From: Deltaproteobacteria bacterium
Lineage (GTDB): Bacteria; Desulfobacterota; Syntrophia; Syntrophales; UBA8958
Length of the DNA: 64,000 nt
Reading direction: 5' to 3'
Assembly: GCA_029553375.1 (NCBI GenBank)
Contig: JAKPCH010000059.1
Coordinates: 21,426 to 85,425, forward strand
Numbering within the stretch: the stretch's first letter is position 1; each line of letters starts with the position of its first letter. The notes under the pieces were generated by a model. The model saw only the letters and a program-made list of their open reading frames with translations. It was not told where the DNA came from and searched no databases. The translations under genes were made by a program, and so were the position numbers. Shown here piece by piece: positions 8,622 to 16,933 of this stretch.

Positions 8622-9974
8622 TCAGGTTAGAGGCTTCAGACCGAGGGCCTTCATCTTCCTGTAGAGGGTGCTGCGGTGGATGCCGAGCTGCCTGGCCGCC
8701 TTCGCCACGTTGCCGCCGCTGGCCGCCAGGGCCTCCCGGAGGCACACGGCCAGGGTGTCGTCGAGGGAACGGCCCGCGGGGACGGTACCGGCCCGACGGC
8801 CCGGGGTGAACACGGGGAGGTGTTTTTTCTCGATGAGTCCGCCCTTGCAGAGGATGAAGGCCCCCTCGATGATGTTGGCCAGTTCCCGCACGTTGCCCGG
8901 GTAGTCGTGGGACATGAGGACCCTCATCGCCTCTTCGCTCACCCCCGTGACGTTCTTGTCCTGGAGGGTGTTGAAGTGGGCGATGAAACGCTCCACCAGC
9001 AGGGGGACGTCCTCCATCCTCTCCCGCAGGGGGGGGAGGGTGATCTTGAAGACGTTGATGCGCCAGTAGAGGTCCTCCCGGAAGAGACCCCGGGCCACGA
9101 GGTCGGCCAGGTCCCTGTTGGTGGCGGCTATTACCCGGGCGTTGTGGCGGACGCTCTCGGTGGACCCGAGGGGCTCGAAGGTCTTCTCCTGGAGGACCCT
9201 CAGGAGCCTCACCTGCATGGCCGGCGAGATGTCGCCGATCTCGTCGAGGAAGAGGGTGCCGTTCTGCGCCAGCTGGAAACGGCCCGGCTTGTCCCGCTTG
9301 GCGTCCGTGAAGGCGCCGGCCTTGTAGCCGAAGAGCTCCGACTCCAGGAGGGCGTCGGGCAGGGCGGCGCAGTTGACGGCGACGAAGGGGAAGCGCCGGC
9401 GGGGGCTGAGGCGGTGGATGGCCCGGGCGAAGAGCTCCTTCCCCGTGCCGCTCTCCCCCTCGATGAGAACGGTGCTGGAGGTCTGGGCCACATCGGGCAG
9501 GATCTTCATCAAGGCGAGGATCTTCTCGTTCCGCGAGACGATGTCCCCGAAGGTGTAGCGGGCGGAGATGGCCTTCCGGAGGTCCTCTTCCACCGTCACG
9601 TCCCGGAAGGTCTCCACGCCCCCCAGGATGCGCCCCTCCTCGTCGCGCAGGAGGGCCGTGGAGATCTTGAGGGCGACCCTCCTGCCCCGGGCGTCGATGA
9701 TGTAGACCCCCTTGTCCACGATGGGTTGACCCGTGTTCATCGTCGTTCTGAGGCAGCAGTGGCGCTCGCACGTGTCGGCCTTGAGGACGTCCCGGCAGAG
9801 CTGGCCGACGGCCTCCCGGCGGGAGACGCCCGTTATCCTCTCCGCCGCCCGGTTGAAATAGGTGATCCGCCAATCCCGGTCCACGGTGAAGACCCCGTCG
9901 GCGATGGAATCGAGGATGATCTTGAAGACCCCGGCCCGCTCCAGGGTCATGGATCCTTCTTGATCCTTCTTCAT
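8622..9974 (-). CDS. PAS-AAA+-Fis HTH sigma54 activator, OrpR-like
   Basis: GESGTGKE, GAFTDA, LFLDEIGD, YPGNVREL, HRSTLYRK; PAS carries C-X8-C-X3-C (CRDVLKADTCERHC). Confidence 0.9.
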   Translation of the reverse strand: MKKDQEGSMTLERAGVFKIILDSIADGVFTVDRDWRITYFNRAAERITGVSRREAVGQLCRDVLKADTCERHCCLRTTMNTGQPIVDKGVYIIDARGRRVALKISTALLRDEEGRILGGVETFRDVTVEEDLRKAISARYTFGDIVSRNEKILALMKILPDVAQTSSTVLIEGESGTGKELFARAIHRLSPRRRFPFVAVNCAALPDALLESELFGYKAGAFTDAKRDKPGRFQLAQNGTLFLDEIGDISPAMQVRLLRVLQEKTFEPLGSTESVRHNARVIAATNRDLADLVARGLFREDLYWRINVFKITLPPLRERMEDVPLLVERFIAHFNTLQDKNVTGVSEEAMRVLMSHDYPGNVRELANIIEGAFILCKGGLIEKKHLPVFTPGRRAGTVPAGRSLDDTLAVCLREALAASGGNVAKAARQLGIHRSTLYRKMKALGLKPLT

Positions 9975-10858
9975 CTCCCCTCCTCCGGCGCCTCGAGAAA
10001 GGCGATCAGCTCGGCGTTGAAGGCCTCCGGGTCCTGGATGTGCAGGGCGTGGGCGCAGCCGGCAAAGGGGACCACCCTCCCCCGGGGGAGCTCCTTTTCC
10101 AAAAAGTCGTAGTTCTTAAGGGGGTAGTAGCCGCCGTCGGCCCCGTAGGCCACGAGGCACGGGACGGTGATCCGTCCCACGACGGACCGGTAGTCCCGGG
10201 AGGTCATGGAGACCCACAGGGCCAAGACCACGAGGGGGTCGTTGCGGAGGGCCTCGGCGTAGAGCCAGGGGAGGTCGTCACCGCCCTTGACCTCGCGGGC
10301 CCATGCCTCCTCCGACCGGTCGTCCCGGGGGGGTCGCCCCAGGATCCGCTGGACCACGACGCGGCTGTATTCCCCCCAGTCCGTAAGCATGGCCTCCAGC
10401 ATCTTCAGATTGTCCTCGGGGCCGAAATCACCGGCCTCCTGGCTGAAGAGACCCGGCAGGCCCCCTGACCAGTCGGGGGCCTTCATGAGGCGGGGGGACA
10501 TGTCGATGATGACCACCTTCCCCAGGCCCTCGCAGCCGAACTGTCGGACGTACTCGAAGATGACGTGGGCCCCCATGGACCAGCCCACCAGGGCGGTCCC
10601 CTCCAGGCCGAGGTAGGCCATGAGCTCCCGGAGGTCCCTCGCCAGGCGGGGGATCGTCAGGCCGTGGCGCGGCGCCTCCGAGTCGCCGTGCCCCCTGAGG
10701 TCGAGGGTGACCACCCGGAAACGCCCGGCCAAGGCCGGGACCTGTTTCCGGAAGTGGCGGCGGTTGGCCGTCAGACCGTGGATCAGCACCACCGGTCTCC
10801 CCTCTCCCCTTTCCTCGTAGTAGAGGCGCACGTGGTCATCCGTCACGAAATAGGGCAT
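9971..10858 (-). CDS. Alpha/beta hydrolase
   Basis: LIHG, DLRGHGDS, GWSMG nucleophile elbow, C-terminal His (CAHAL). Confidence 0.85.
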   Translation of the reverse strand: MPYFVTDDHVRLYYEERGEGRPVVLIHGLTANRRHFRKQVPALAGRFRVVTLDLRGHGDSEAPRHGLTIPRLARDLRELMAYLGLEGTALVGWSMGAHVIFEYVRQFGCEGLGKVVIIDMSPRLMKAPDWSGGLPGLFSQEAGDFGPEDNLKMLEAMLTDWGEYSRVVVQRILGRPPRDDRSEEAWAREVKGGDDLPWLYAEALRNDPLVVLALWVSMTSRDYRSVVGRITVPCLVAYGADGGYYPLKNYDFLEKELPRGRVVPFAGCAHALHIQDPEAFNAELIAFLEAPEEGR

Positions 10859-10877
10859 GTTCCCTCCCGGATCGTCA

Positions 10878-12425
10878 TCAAAGGGGTCCTCTGTCCTTGT
10901 CCTTTCGTCCCCGTCCCGCCGCCAGCCACACCGCCGCCAGGACCAAGTAGCCCGCGGCGAGGGTGAGGTGGGCGGATCCCTCCACCCCCCAGGGAAGGTA
11001 CACCTCCCCCGTGGCCCGCACGGAGTGGATCAGCCCGAAGGGGGTCATGAGGGCCCCCAAAAGGGCGCACAGGGCCGCCTTCCCCGTCCGGCCCTCGATG
11101 AGGAAGGCCGTCATGGTCCCCCACAGGACCCCCGTCACGATGAACCCGTTGGACAGGGTCGTCAGGGACGCCAGGACGACCTTGAGGTGGGCCGGCCATT
11201 CCCACCGCCCCGGGGGGAGGGCCCCCAGGAACTGGTTGAGGACGATCATCACGCAGACGGCCGCGGCGGGGAGCATGCTGATGCTCACCGCCTCCGCATG
11301 GCCCGGCGGGGCCTCGGCGAAGGCCTGCCTCACGATCTCGAAGCCGATGAAGAGGAAGATGGGGGCCAGGGCCGCCTGGGGGATGAGGAGGCACAGGAGG
11401 GAGAGGAGGCCCGCCACGGAGGCGAGGCCGATCATGAGGGCCGTCATGGCCGTGTACCAATGGGTCGCCCCCATCCGCTTGTAGGCGGGGTGGCCGATGT
11501 AGGGCGTCGTCTGGGCCACGCCGCCGAAAAAGGGGGCGACGAGGGAGGTGACGGCCTCCGTCAGGAGGATGTCGCGGGTCCGATAGTCGTCGCCGGCGAG
11601 ACGGGCGCTGTGGGCGTTGTTGATGCCCCCCACGATGGTCATGATCCCGAAGGGCACGGCGAGGGGCAGAAAGGGGAGGCTCCGGTGGAGGTCCCCCAGG
11701 AAGGCGACGGAGGGCCAGGGCAGGGAGGCCCTCACCTCCCACCTAGGCGGGTGGAACTCGGGCAGCATCCCGGCGTACCCCAGGAGGAGGTGGATCACCG
11801 TCCCCGCCAGGACGGCCAGGAGCACGCCGGGCAGGCGCCCCGGCAGACGGACTTTCCCCAAAAGGACGCTGAAGGACAGGCCCAGGGCGACAAGACCGAC
11901 GATGGGGGAGGCGAAGATCTCCAGGAGGGGCAGGAAGGACAGCATGAGCAGGCCGATGCCCGCCAGGGGACCCAGGAGGCCCGCCGTGGGGACGACCCGC
12001 CGGACGGCCTCGCCGCCGAAGGCGGCGACGACCTTGACGACGCCGATGAGAAAGAGGGTCCCCATGCCCACATGCCACGTGAGCCAGGCGTCCCCCGTGG
12101 CCATGTAGGTGGGGCCCAGGACGGCCAAGGCGAGGCCGATCGTCGAGGGCGTGTCGATGCCGAGGGGCATGGCCGTGACGTCCGCCCGACCCGTCCGCCT
12201 GCGGAGGCGCAGGGCCAAGAAGGTGTAAACCAAATCCCCCAGGAAGACCCCGACGGCCGTTCCGGGGATCATGCGGGTCACGACGATCTCGGCCGGGTAG
12301 TTGAAGGTGAAGACGAGCAGGGAGCTCAAAAAGACCAGGGAGCCCACGTTGTCGAAGAAAAGGGCCAGAAACGCCGCCGTCTCCACCCAAAGGCCGCCTG
12401 CGCCCTCCCGTGATCCTTCCGCCAT
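10878..12425 (-). CDS. NCS2/AzgA-related nucleobase-type permease
   Basis: Many TM segments; FFDN, TAMPLGIDTPS and TTPYIGHPAYKRMGA motifs. Confidence 0.7.
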   Translation of the reverse strand: MAEGSREGAGGLWVETAAFLALFFDNVGSLVFLSSLLVFTFNYPAEIVVTRMIPGTAVGVFLGDLVYTFLALRLRRRTGRADVTAMPLGIDTPSTIGLALAVLGPTYMATGDAWLTWHVGMGTLFLIGVVKVVAAFGGEAVRRVVPTAGLLGPLAGIGLLMLSFLPLLEIFASPIVGLVALGLSFSVLLGKVRLPGRLPGVLLAVLAGTVIHLLLGYAGMLPEFHPPRWEVRASLPWPSVAFLGDLHRSLPFLPLAVPFGIMTIVGGINNAHSARLAGDDYRTRDILLTEAVTSLVAPFFGGVAQTTPYIGHPAYKRMGATHWYTAMTALMIGLASVAGLLSLLCLLIPQAALAPIFLFIGFEIVRQAFAEAPPGHAEAVSISMLPAAAVCVMIVLNQFLGALPPGRWEWPAHLKVVLASLTTLSNGFIVTGVLWGTMTAFLIEGRTGKAALCALLGALMTPFGLIHSVRATGEVYLPWGVEGSAHLTLAAGYLVLAAVWLAAGRGRKDKDRGPL

Positions 12426-12492
12426 CTCCCCGTGCCTCCGTGTTCTCCCCGCCCTGGATAAAGGAAGGCGAAGGCCGTGTCAAGGCGCGCCG

Positions 12493-13491
12493 TCAACCGG
12501 CGAAGGCCGCCAAGGCCTCCCGGACGAGGAGGTCCTCCGACCCCTTGTACTTGGGGGAGAAATGGAAGGGGACCATCCGCTTCGCCCCGCAGAGGCGGGC
12601 GATCTCGCCGGCCTGGCGGGCCGTGAGGTGATAGGTCTCCGCCGCCCGCCTCCGGTCCTCGTGGAGGAACACCGTCTCGATGAACAGGATCTCCGCCCCC
12701 CCCGCCAGGGCCGTGATCCGCTCCACGTTGTCGGGGCTGTAGAGGGCGTCCGTCACGTAGGCCACGCGGCGACCCGGAGTCACCTTGACGGCCTGCCGGC
12801 GTATCTCCCCCAGGGTGACCTCGCGCTCCTTCACCCCCCCCTCGTCCCGCCACCGGGCGAGGATCGGCGTCTCGGGGGGGTACCCCTTCACGATCCCCTC
12901 CTTCACCTCGTTGAGCCACGGCCCCGTGTCGAAACCCATCTCCCTCAGGACGTTCTTCTTGATATTGACGTGCTGGCGCTCCTCGAAGGAGAAGGCCAGG
13001 GAGGGTATCTTGTGGTCGAGAAACGCGCGGCGGACAAGGAACAGACCCTCGTCCACGAGGACGTCGTCGTCGGCCTCCCACCCCCCCTCGTCCTCCCGCA
13101 CGAACCCCGTCCGGCACTGGAAGAGGGCCCGGCGGCGGCCCCGGCCGGGGTCCGTCTCCGTGACGGTGAAGACGAAATCGTTGGTGTAATGGAGGACGAG
13201 ATTCCAGCTGTACGCCCCCAGGCGCCTCTGGACCTGGTCGATGAAACCGGGGGGGCCGAAGAGGGAGATGCGGCGGTCCCGGCCCAGGCAGAGGCGGACG
13301 AGGTGGTCGAACCCGATGAAGTGGTCCATGTGGGTGTGGGAGACGAAGACGTAATCGACCTTGAGGATCTTCCGGGCGGGGAGGGGGTGGAGGTCCCCCA
13401 GGTCGAAGAGGATGGCCCGGCGCCGGTGCTTGAACTCCAAGAAGACGGCGGGGTCGCCGAAGGGGTCGTTGACGAGGGAGACGCTGAACAC
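12493..13491 (-). CDS. Ribonuclease Z-like MBL-fold hydrolase
   Basis: LVNDPFGDP, SHTHMDHFIG, LDH, YVTD, YHLTA, PFHFS; GTG start behind AGGAGG. Confidence 0.75.
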   Translation of the reverse strand: MFSVSLVNDPFGDPAVFLEFKHRRRAILFDLGDLHPLPARKILKVDYVFVSHTHMDHFIGFDHLVRLCLGRDRRISLFGPPGFIDQVQRRLGAYSWNLVLHYTNDFVFTVTETDPGRGRRRALFQCRTGFVREDEGGWEADDDVLVDEGLFLVRRAFLDHKIPSLAFSFEERQHVNIKKNVLREMGFDTGPWLNEVKEGIVKGYPPETPILARWRDEGGVKEREVTLGEIRRQAVKVTPGRRVAYVTDALYSPDNVERITALAGGAEILFIETVFLHEDRRRAAETYHLTARQAGEIARLCGAKRMVPFHFSPKYKGSEDLLVREALAAFAG

Positions 13492-13495
13492 GGCC

Positions 13496-14293
13496 TCACA
13501 CCTCCTTAAGGAGGCCGAGGACCTCGGCGACGCTGGCCGAAACGGCCCCCGCCACGACATCGCCCTCCCAGGGCGGGGAGGGGAGGCGGAAGAAGACGAT
13601 CTCGGGCCTCAGACCGAAGACCCTCCCGACGGCCTCCCCCACGGCGCGGCGCCGCCTCGGGACGTCCCGCGGGTCTGCGTAGGCCTCGTTGGCCCCGAAA
13701 TCGTCCACCACCACGATCCTCCGCACCCCCCCCAGGGGGAGAAAAGAGCGGCACGCCTCCCAGAACCCCTCGCTCTCCTTGGGGAAACCGAGATCGGCGG
13801 AATTGGCCACCGCCAGGGGAGGTCCGCCTTTGCGCCCCCAGTCCCTCACCGCCGCCCCCGCGAGCCCGAGGGCCGCAAGGTGGCCCAGGATGGCCCCCGT
13901 GGCCTCGGCGTAGTGATCCGTGGCGACGAGGAGGAAGAGGCCCGGCCGCCGCGCCGGTTCCGTCAGGAGGGGGAGCCACGCCTCCTCGATGGTCGAGGCG
14001 GCGAGGTATCGACCGACGAAGGTCCCGGCGGCCCGGCGCAGTTCCTCGCCGTCGCCGTCCTCCCCCCCGAGGGCGGCGACGATGGCGCCCCCATAACCGA
14101 GGGCGGTAGTGGTGGCCTCCTGCCACGTGGGCCTCACGACCCGGGCGAAGAGGGACGCCCCGTCCTTCACCCCCTGGGCGGCGAGACCGGAGGCCCTCAG
14201 CTCCCCCTCGAGACGGTGGGGTAGGGCGAAGAGGGCCGCCGCGCAACTGAGGGTCCCCGAGTAATCGACGATGACGAGGCTCCGGCAGGTCAT
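13496..14293 (-). CDS. Hypothetical protein, possible HAD fold
   Basis: VDYSGTL near the N-terminus and VVVDD motif-IV-like; fills the operon slot. Confidence 0.5.
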   Translation of the reverse strand: MTCRSLVIVDYSGTLSCAAALFALPHRLEGELRASGLAAQGVKDGASLFARVVRPTWQEATTTALGYGGAIVAALGGEDGDGEELRRAAGTFVGRYLAASTIEEAWLPLLTEPARRPGLFLLVATDHYAEATGAILGHLAALGLAGAAVRDWGRKGGPPLAVANSADLGFPKESEGFWEACRSFLPLGGVRRIVVVDDFGANEAYADPRDVPRRRRAVGEAVGRVFGLRPEIVFFRLPSPPWEGDVVAGAVSASVAEVLGLLKEV

Positions 14294-14311
14294 GGGAGGT
14301 CGTGACGAGGT

Positions 14312-15694
14312 CTATTTGGTCTCCGCGATCCTCTGGAGGGGCTCCACCATCTTCTTCTTGATCTCCTTGAGGAAGCGCCTGCGGAAGGCGGGGATGCGCA
14401 GGAGGGTCATCATGACGAGATTGCGCATCCGCGTCCGGTAGCGTCCCTGGGGGAAGTCGTAGAGACGGTTCTTTACGTAGTAACGGTGGTCCGCCTGGAA
14501 GACGAAGCGGAGATCCCCGTAGATCTCGTCGCGGAAGATCTTGTGCCCCCCCACGCCGAGGAAGGTCATGGGGGGCCGGTAAGCGGCCGTCCGGGGGTCG
14601 ACGAGGCGGCGGGCCGTCTCCCCCAGGAGGGCGTCGATGACCTCACCGTCTTGGGCCTCGTCCGTGACGAAACCCACGGGGTTGACCTCCTCGAACTCGG
14701 CGTAGGCGCTGAGGATCTCCCTCAGGTTGGGGAGGTGACCCAGGGGGCCGGAGACGAGGTAGGCCAGTCTCTTCCCCGTCAGGGTGGGGACGTGGGTGTT
14801 GTAGAAGGAGCGGTCGAAGAAGGCCTTCCAGCGCGCCGACAGATAGCGGTCATGGACGGCCCCGGCCAAGACGAGGGCGTCGGCCTTCTTGACCTTGTGC
14901 TCGTAGAAGTCGATGTACCCGTCCCGCCCCAGGTACTGGCAGGTGTTGTCGAGGCCGCAGCGGCAGCAGCCCAGACACCCCCCCTTGATGTCGATCTGGG
15001 CCAGGTCGAAGACCTCCGCCCCCCCGCCCAGGTAGGAGACCAGGCCCGCCACCATGGCGTCGACGTTCCCCCCGGGGGGGCGGCCGTCCTTGACGACGAG
15101 GACCCTCATCCCCCCCGTGTTCAGGGTCTCGGCGGGGGGTGACGGGCGGTAGGTGAAGGGGGCGCCTTCGGGGAGGGGGGGGTGAACCCGGGCCGTGGGG
15201 GCGCGGCGACGGGCGGCGTCGAGGAAAGAGTCGAAGAAGGTCAGCCACCGTTCCCGTTCCCTCCGGCGGGCCAGGTCGTACATGGCCGCCGAGTACCCCC
15301 CCACGTAGGCCATGCCCAGGTCGTCGCAGATGCCGTGGATGTAGGCGTGGGCCGTGTGATCGAAGAAATGGACGGACGTCGAGACGGCGGCCGCGTACTT
15401 CCCCGCGAAGGCACCCCGGCCGCCGCGTTCGAAGACGAGCTCGATGAAGCGCTTATACTGGGAGCAGACGAGCATGTAGTAGAGGGGGAAGGCCCAGACG
15501 ACGCCGTCGGCCTTCCCGACGGCGTCCATGACGGCGGCGAAGGCCCCCTCGTCCCTCTCGAGGCGGTGGATGCCCTGGGCGGGGTGGAGGTAACGGAAAC
15601 GGTGGCCGGGGAATTTCCGCTCGGCGAAACGGAGGTACTGGAGGGTCACGCCCAACTCCCCCTTGGGGCTGCCGTTCAGGACCACGATCTCCAT
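14312..15694 (-). CDS. Two-domain flavodoxin-like NAD(P)H-dependent oxidoreductase (iron-sulfur flavoprotein-like)
   Basis: LNGSPKG, FPLYY; second domain CLGCCRC..C and FFDRS; start MEIVV at 15694. Confidence 0.75.
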   Translation of the reverse strand: MEIVVLNGSPKGELGVTLQYLRFAERKFPGHRFRYLHPAQGIHRLERDEGAFAAVMDAVGKADGVVWAFPLYYMLVCSQYKRFIELVFERGGRGAFAGKYAAAVSTSVHFFDHTAHAYIHGICDDLGMAYVGGYSAAMYDLARRRERERWLTFFDSFLDAARRRAPTARVHPPLPEGAPFTYRPSPPAETLNTGGMRVLVVKDGRPPGGNVDAMVAGLVSYLGGGAEVFDLAQIDIKGGCLGCCRCGLDNTCQYLGRDGYIDFYEHKVKKADALVLAGAVHDRYLSARWKAFFDRSFYNTHVPTLTGKRLAYLVSGPLGHLPNLREILSAYAEFEEVNPVGFVTDEAQDGEVIDALLGETARRLVDPRTAAYRPPMTFLGVGGHKIFRDEIYGDLRFVFQADHRYYVKNRLYDFPQGRYRTRMRNLVMMTLLRIPAFRRRFLKEIKKKMVEPLQRIAETK

Positions 15695-15838
15695 CTCCCG
15701 CCTCCCTGCGCGAAGTTCGGGGGGAATCACCCCCGGTCTTGGGCCGTAAACCAATCGCCCCCCTTTGTCAAGGAAGGCAAGACGACGGCCGCCTGCGGAC
15801 CCAGGGGCCCTCCCCGGGGCAACGGCACCACGGCGGCC

Positions 15839-15867
15839 TTGACAGGGACACATCGACCCTCTATGTT
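15839..15867 (+). promoter_or_regulatory. sigma70-type promoter for the SBP-phosphatase operon
   Basis: TTGACA-17 nt-TATGTT. Confidence 0.55.
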
Positions 15868-15901
15868 CTCACGGACGGCGCGCTTCCGGGAAAGGACGGG
15901 G

Positions 15902-16933
15902 ATGATAAGAGATCACGGGGCCAGGGGGTGGAACCTTCATTGTGTCTTCGGGCGACCCCTGGGCCTTTTCCTCCTCCTCGCGGTCTGTCTCCTCGTCTCC
16001 CCCGGTGAGGGCCTCCCCTCGCCGCCCGACGCCTACCGGGCGACCTTTCTCCCCCAATGGCTCCCCCAGGCCCAGTTCGCCGGTTTCTACGTGGCCCAGG
16101 CCAAGGGGTTCTACAAGGCCCGCGGCATCGATCTCACGATCCTCAAGGGGGGACCGGACCTCCCCGCCGGCCCCGCCCTGGCGGCGGGCCGGGCCGACTT
16201 CGTCACCCTGTTCCTTGCCGAGGCCCTGAAGCTCCGCGACCGGGGCCTTGACCTCGTCAACATCGCCCAGCTCGTCCAGCGCTCCGGCTTCATCCTCGTG
16301 GCGAACCGGCAGCGGGGGATCGTCCGGCCCGAGGACCTCAACGGCAAAAAGGTGAGTCTCTGGACGGATTTCCAGACCCAGCCCCTGGCCTTCTTCAGGC
16401 GGTACGGCGTCGAGGTCCGGCCCGTCGTCCAGGGCTCCACGGTGAACCTCTTCCTCCGGGGGGGCGTGGACGCCGCCTGCGCCATGTGGTACAACGAATA
16501 CCACACCATCCTCAGCGCCGGGATCGACGAGAACGAGCTGACGGTCTTCTTCTTCGACCGCCACGGCCTGAATTTCCCCGAGGACGGGATCTACGCCCGC
16601 CGGGAGACGTGCCTCAGGGAGCCGGAGCTCTGCCGCCGTTTCGTCGCGGCGACCCTCGAGGGTTGGGAGTACGCCTTCGGCCACCCCGAGGAGGCCCTTC
16701 AGATCGTCATGAAGGCCATGGAGGAGGCGAACGTCATGGGCAACCGGGTACACCAGCGCTGGATGCTGAACCGGATGCGGGACCTTATGGGGGTCGGTGA
16801 CTCCGGGACCCCCCTGGGCGTCCTCCGGCGGGAGGACTACCGGCGGGTGGCCGAGGAACTGGAGAAAAACGGCCTCATCAAGGCCTCACCCCCCTACGGT
16901 GACTTTCATGTCCCCCTCCTTTCGCGGCCTTGA
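15902..16933 (+). CDS. NMT1/THI5-like periplasmic substrate-binding protein
   Basis: Hydrophobic signal region; QWLPQAQFAGFYVAQAKGFY, DLNGKKV, FPEDGIY; start uncertain. Confidence 0.8.
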   Translation: MIRDHGARGWNLHCVFGRPLGLFLLLAVCLLVSPGEGLPSPPDAYRATFLPQWLPQAQFAGFYVAQAKGFYKARGIDLTILKGGPDLPAGPALAAGRADFVTLFLAEALKLRDRGLDLVNIAQLVQRSGFILVANRQRGIVRPEDLNGKKVSLWTDFQTQPLAFFRRYGVEVRPVVQGSTVNLFLRGGVDAACAMWYNEYHTILSAGIDENELTVFFFDRHGLNFPEDGIYARRETCLREPELCRRFVAATLEGWEYAFGHPEEALQIVMKAMEEANVMGNRVHQRWMLNRMRDLMGVGDSGTPLGVLRREDYRRVAEELEKNGLIKASPPYGDFHVPLLSRP

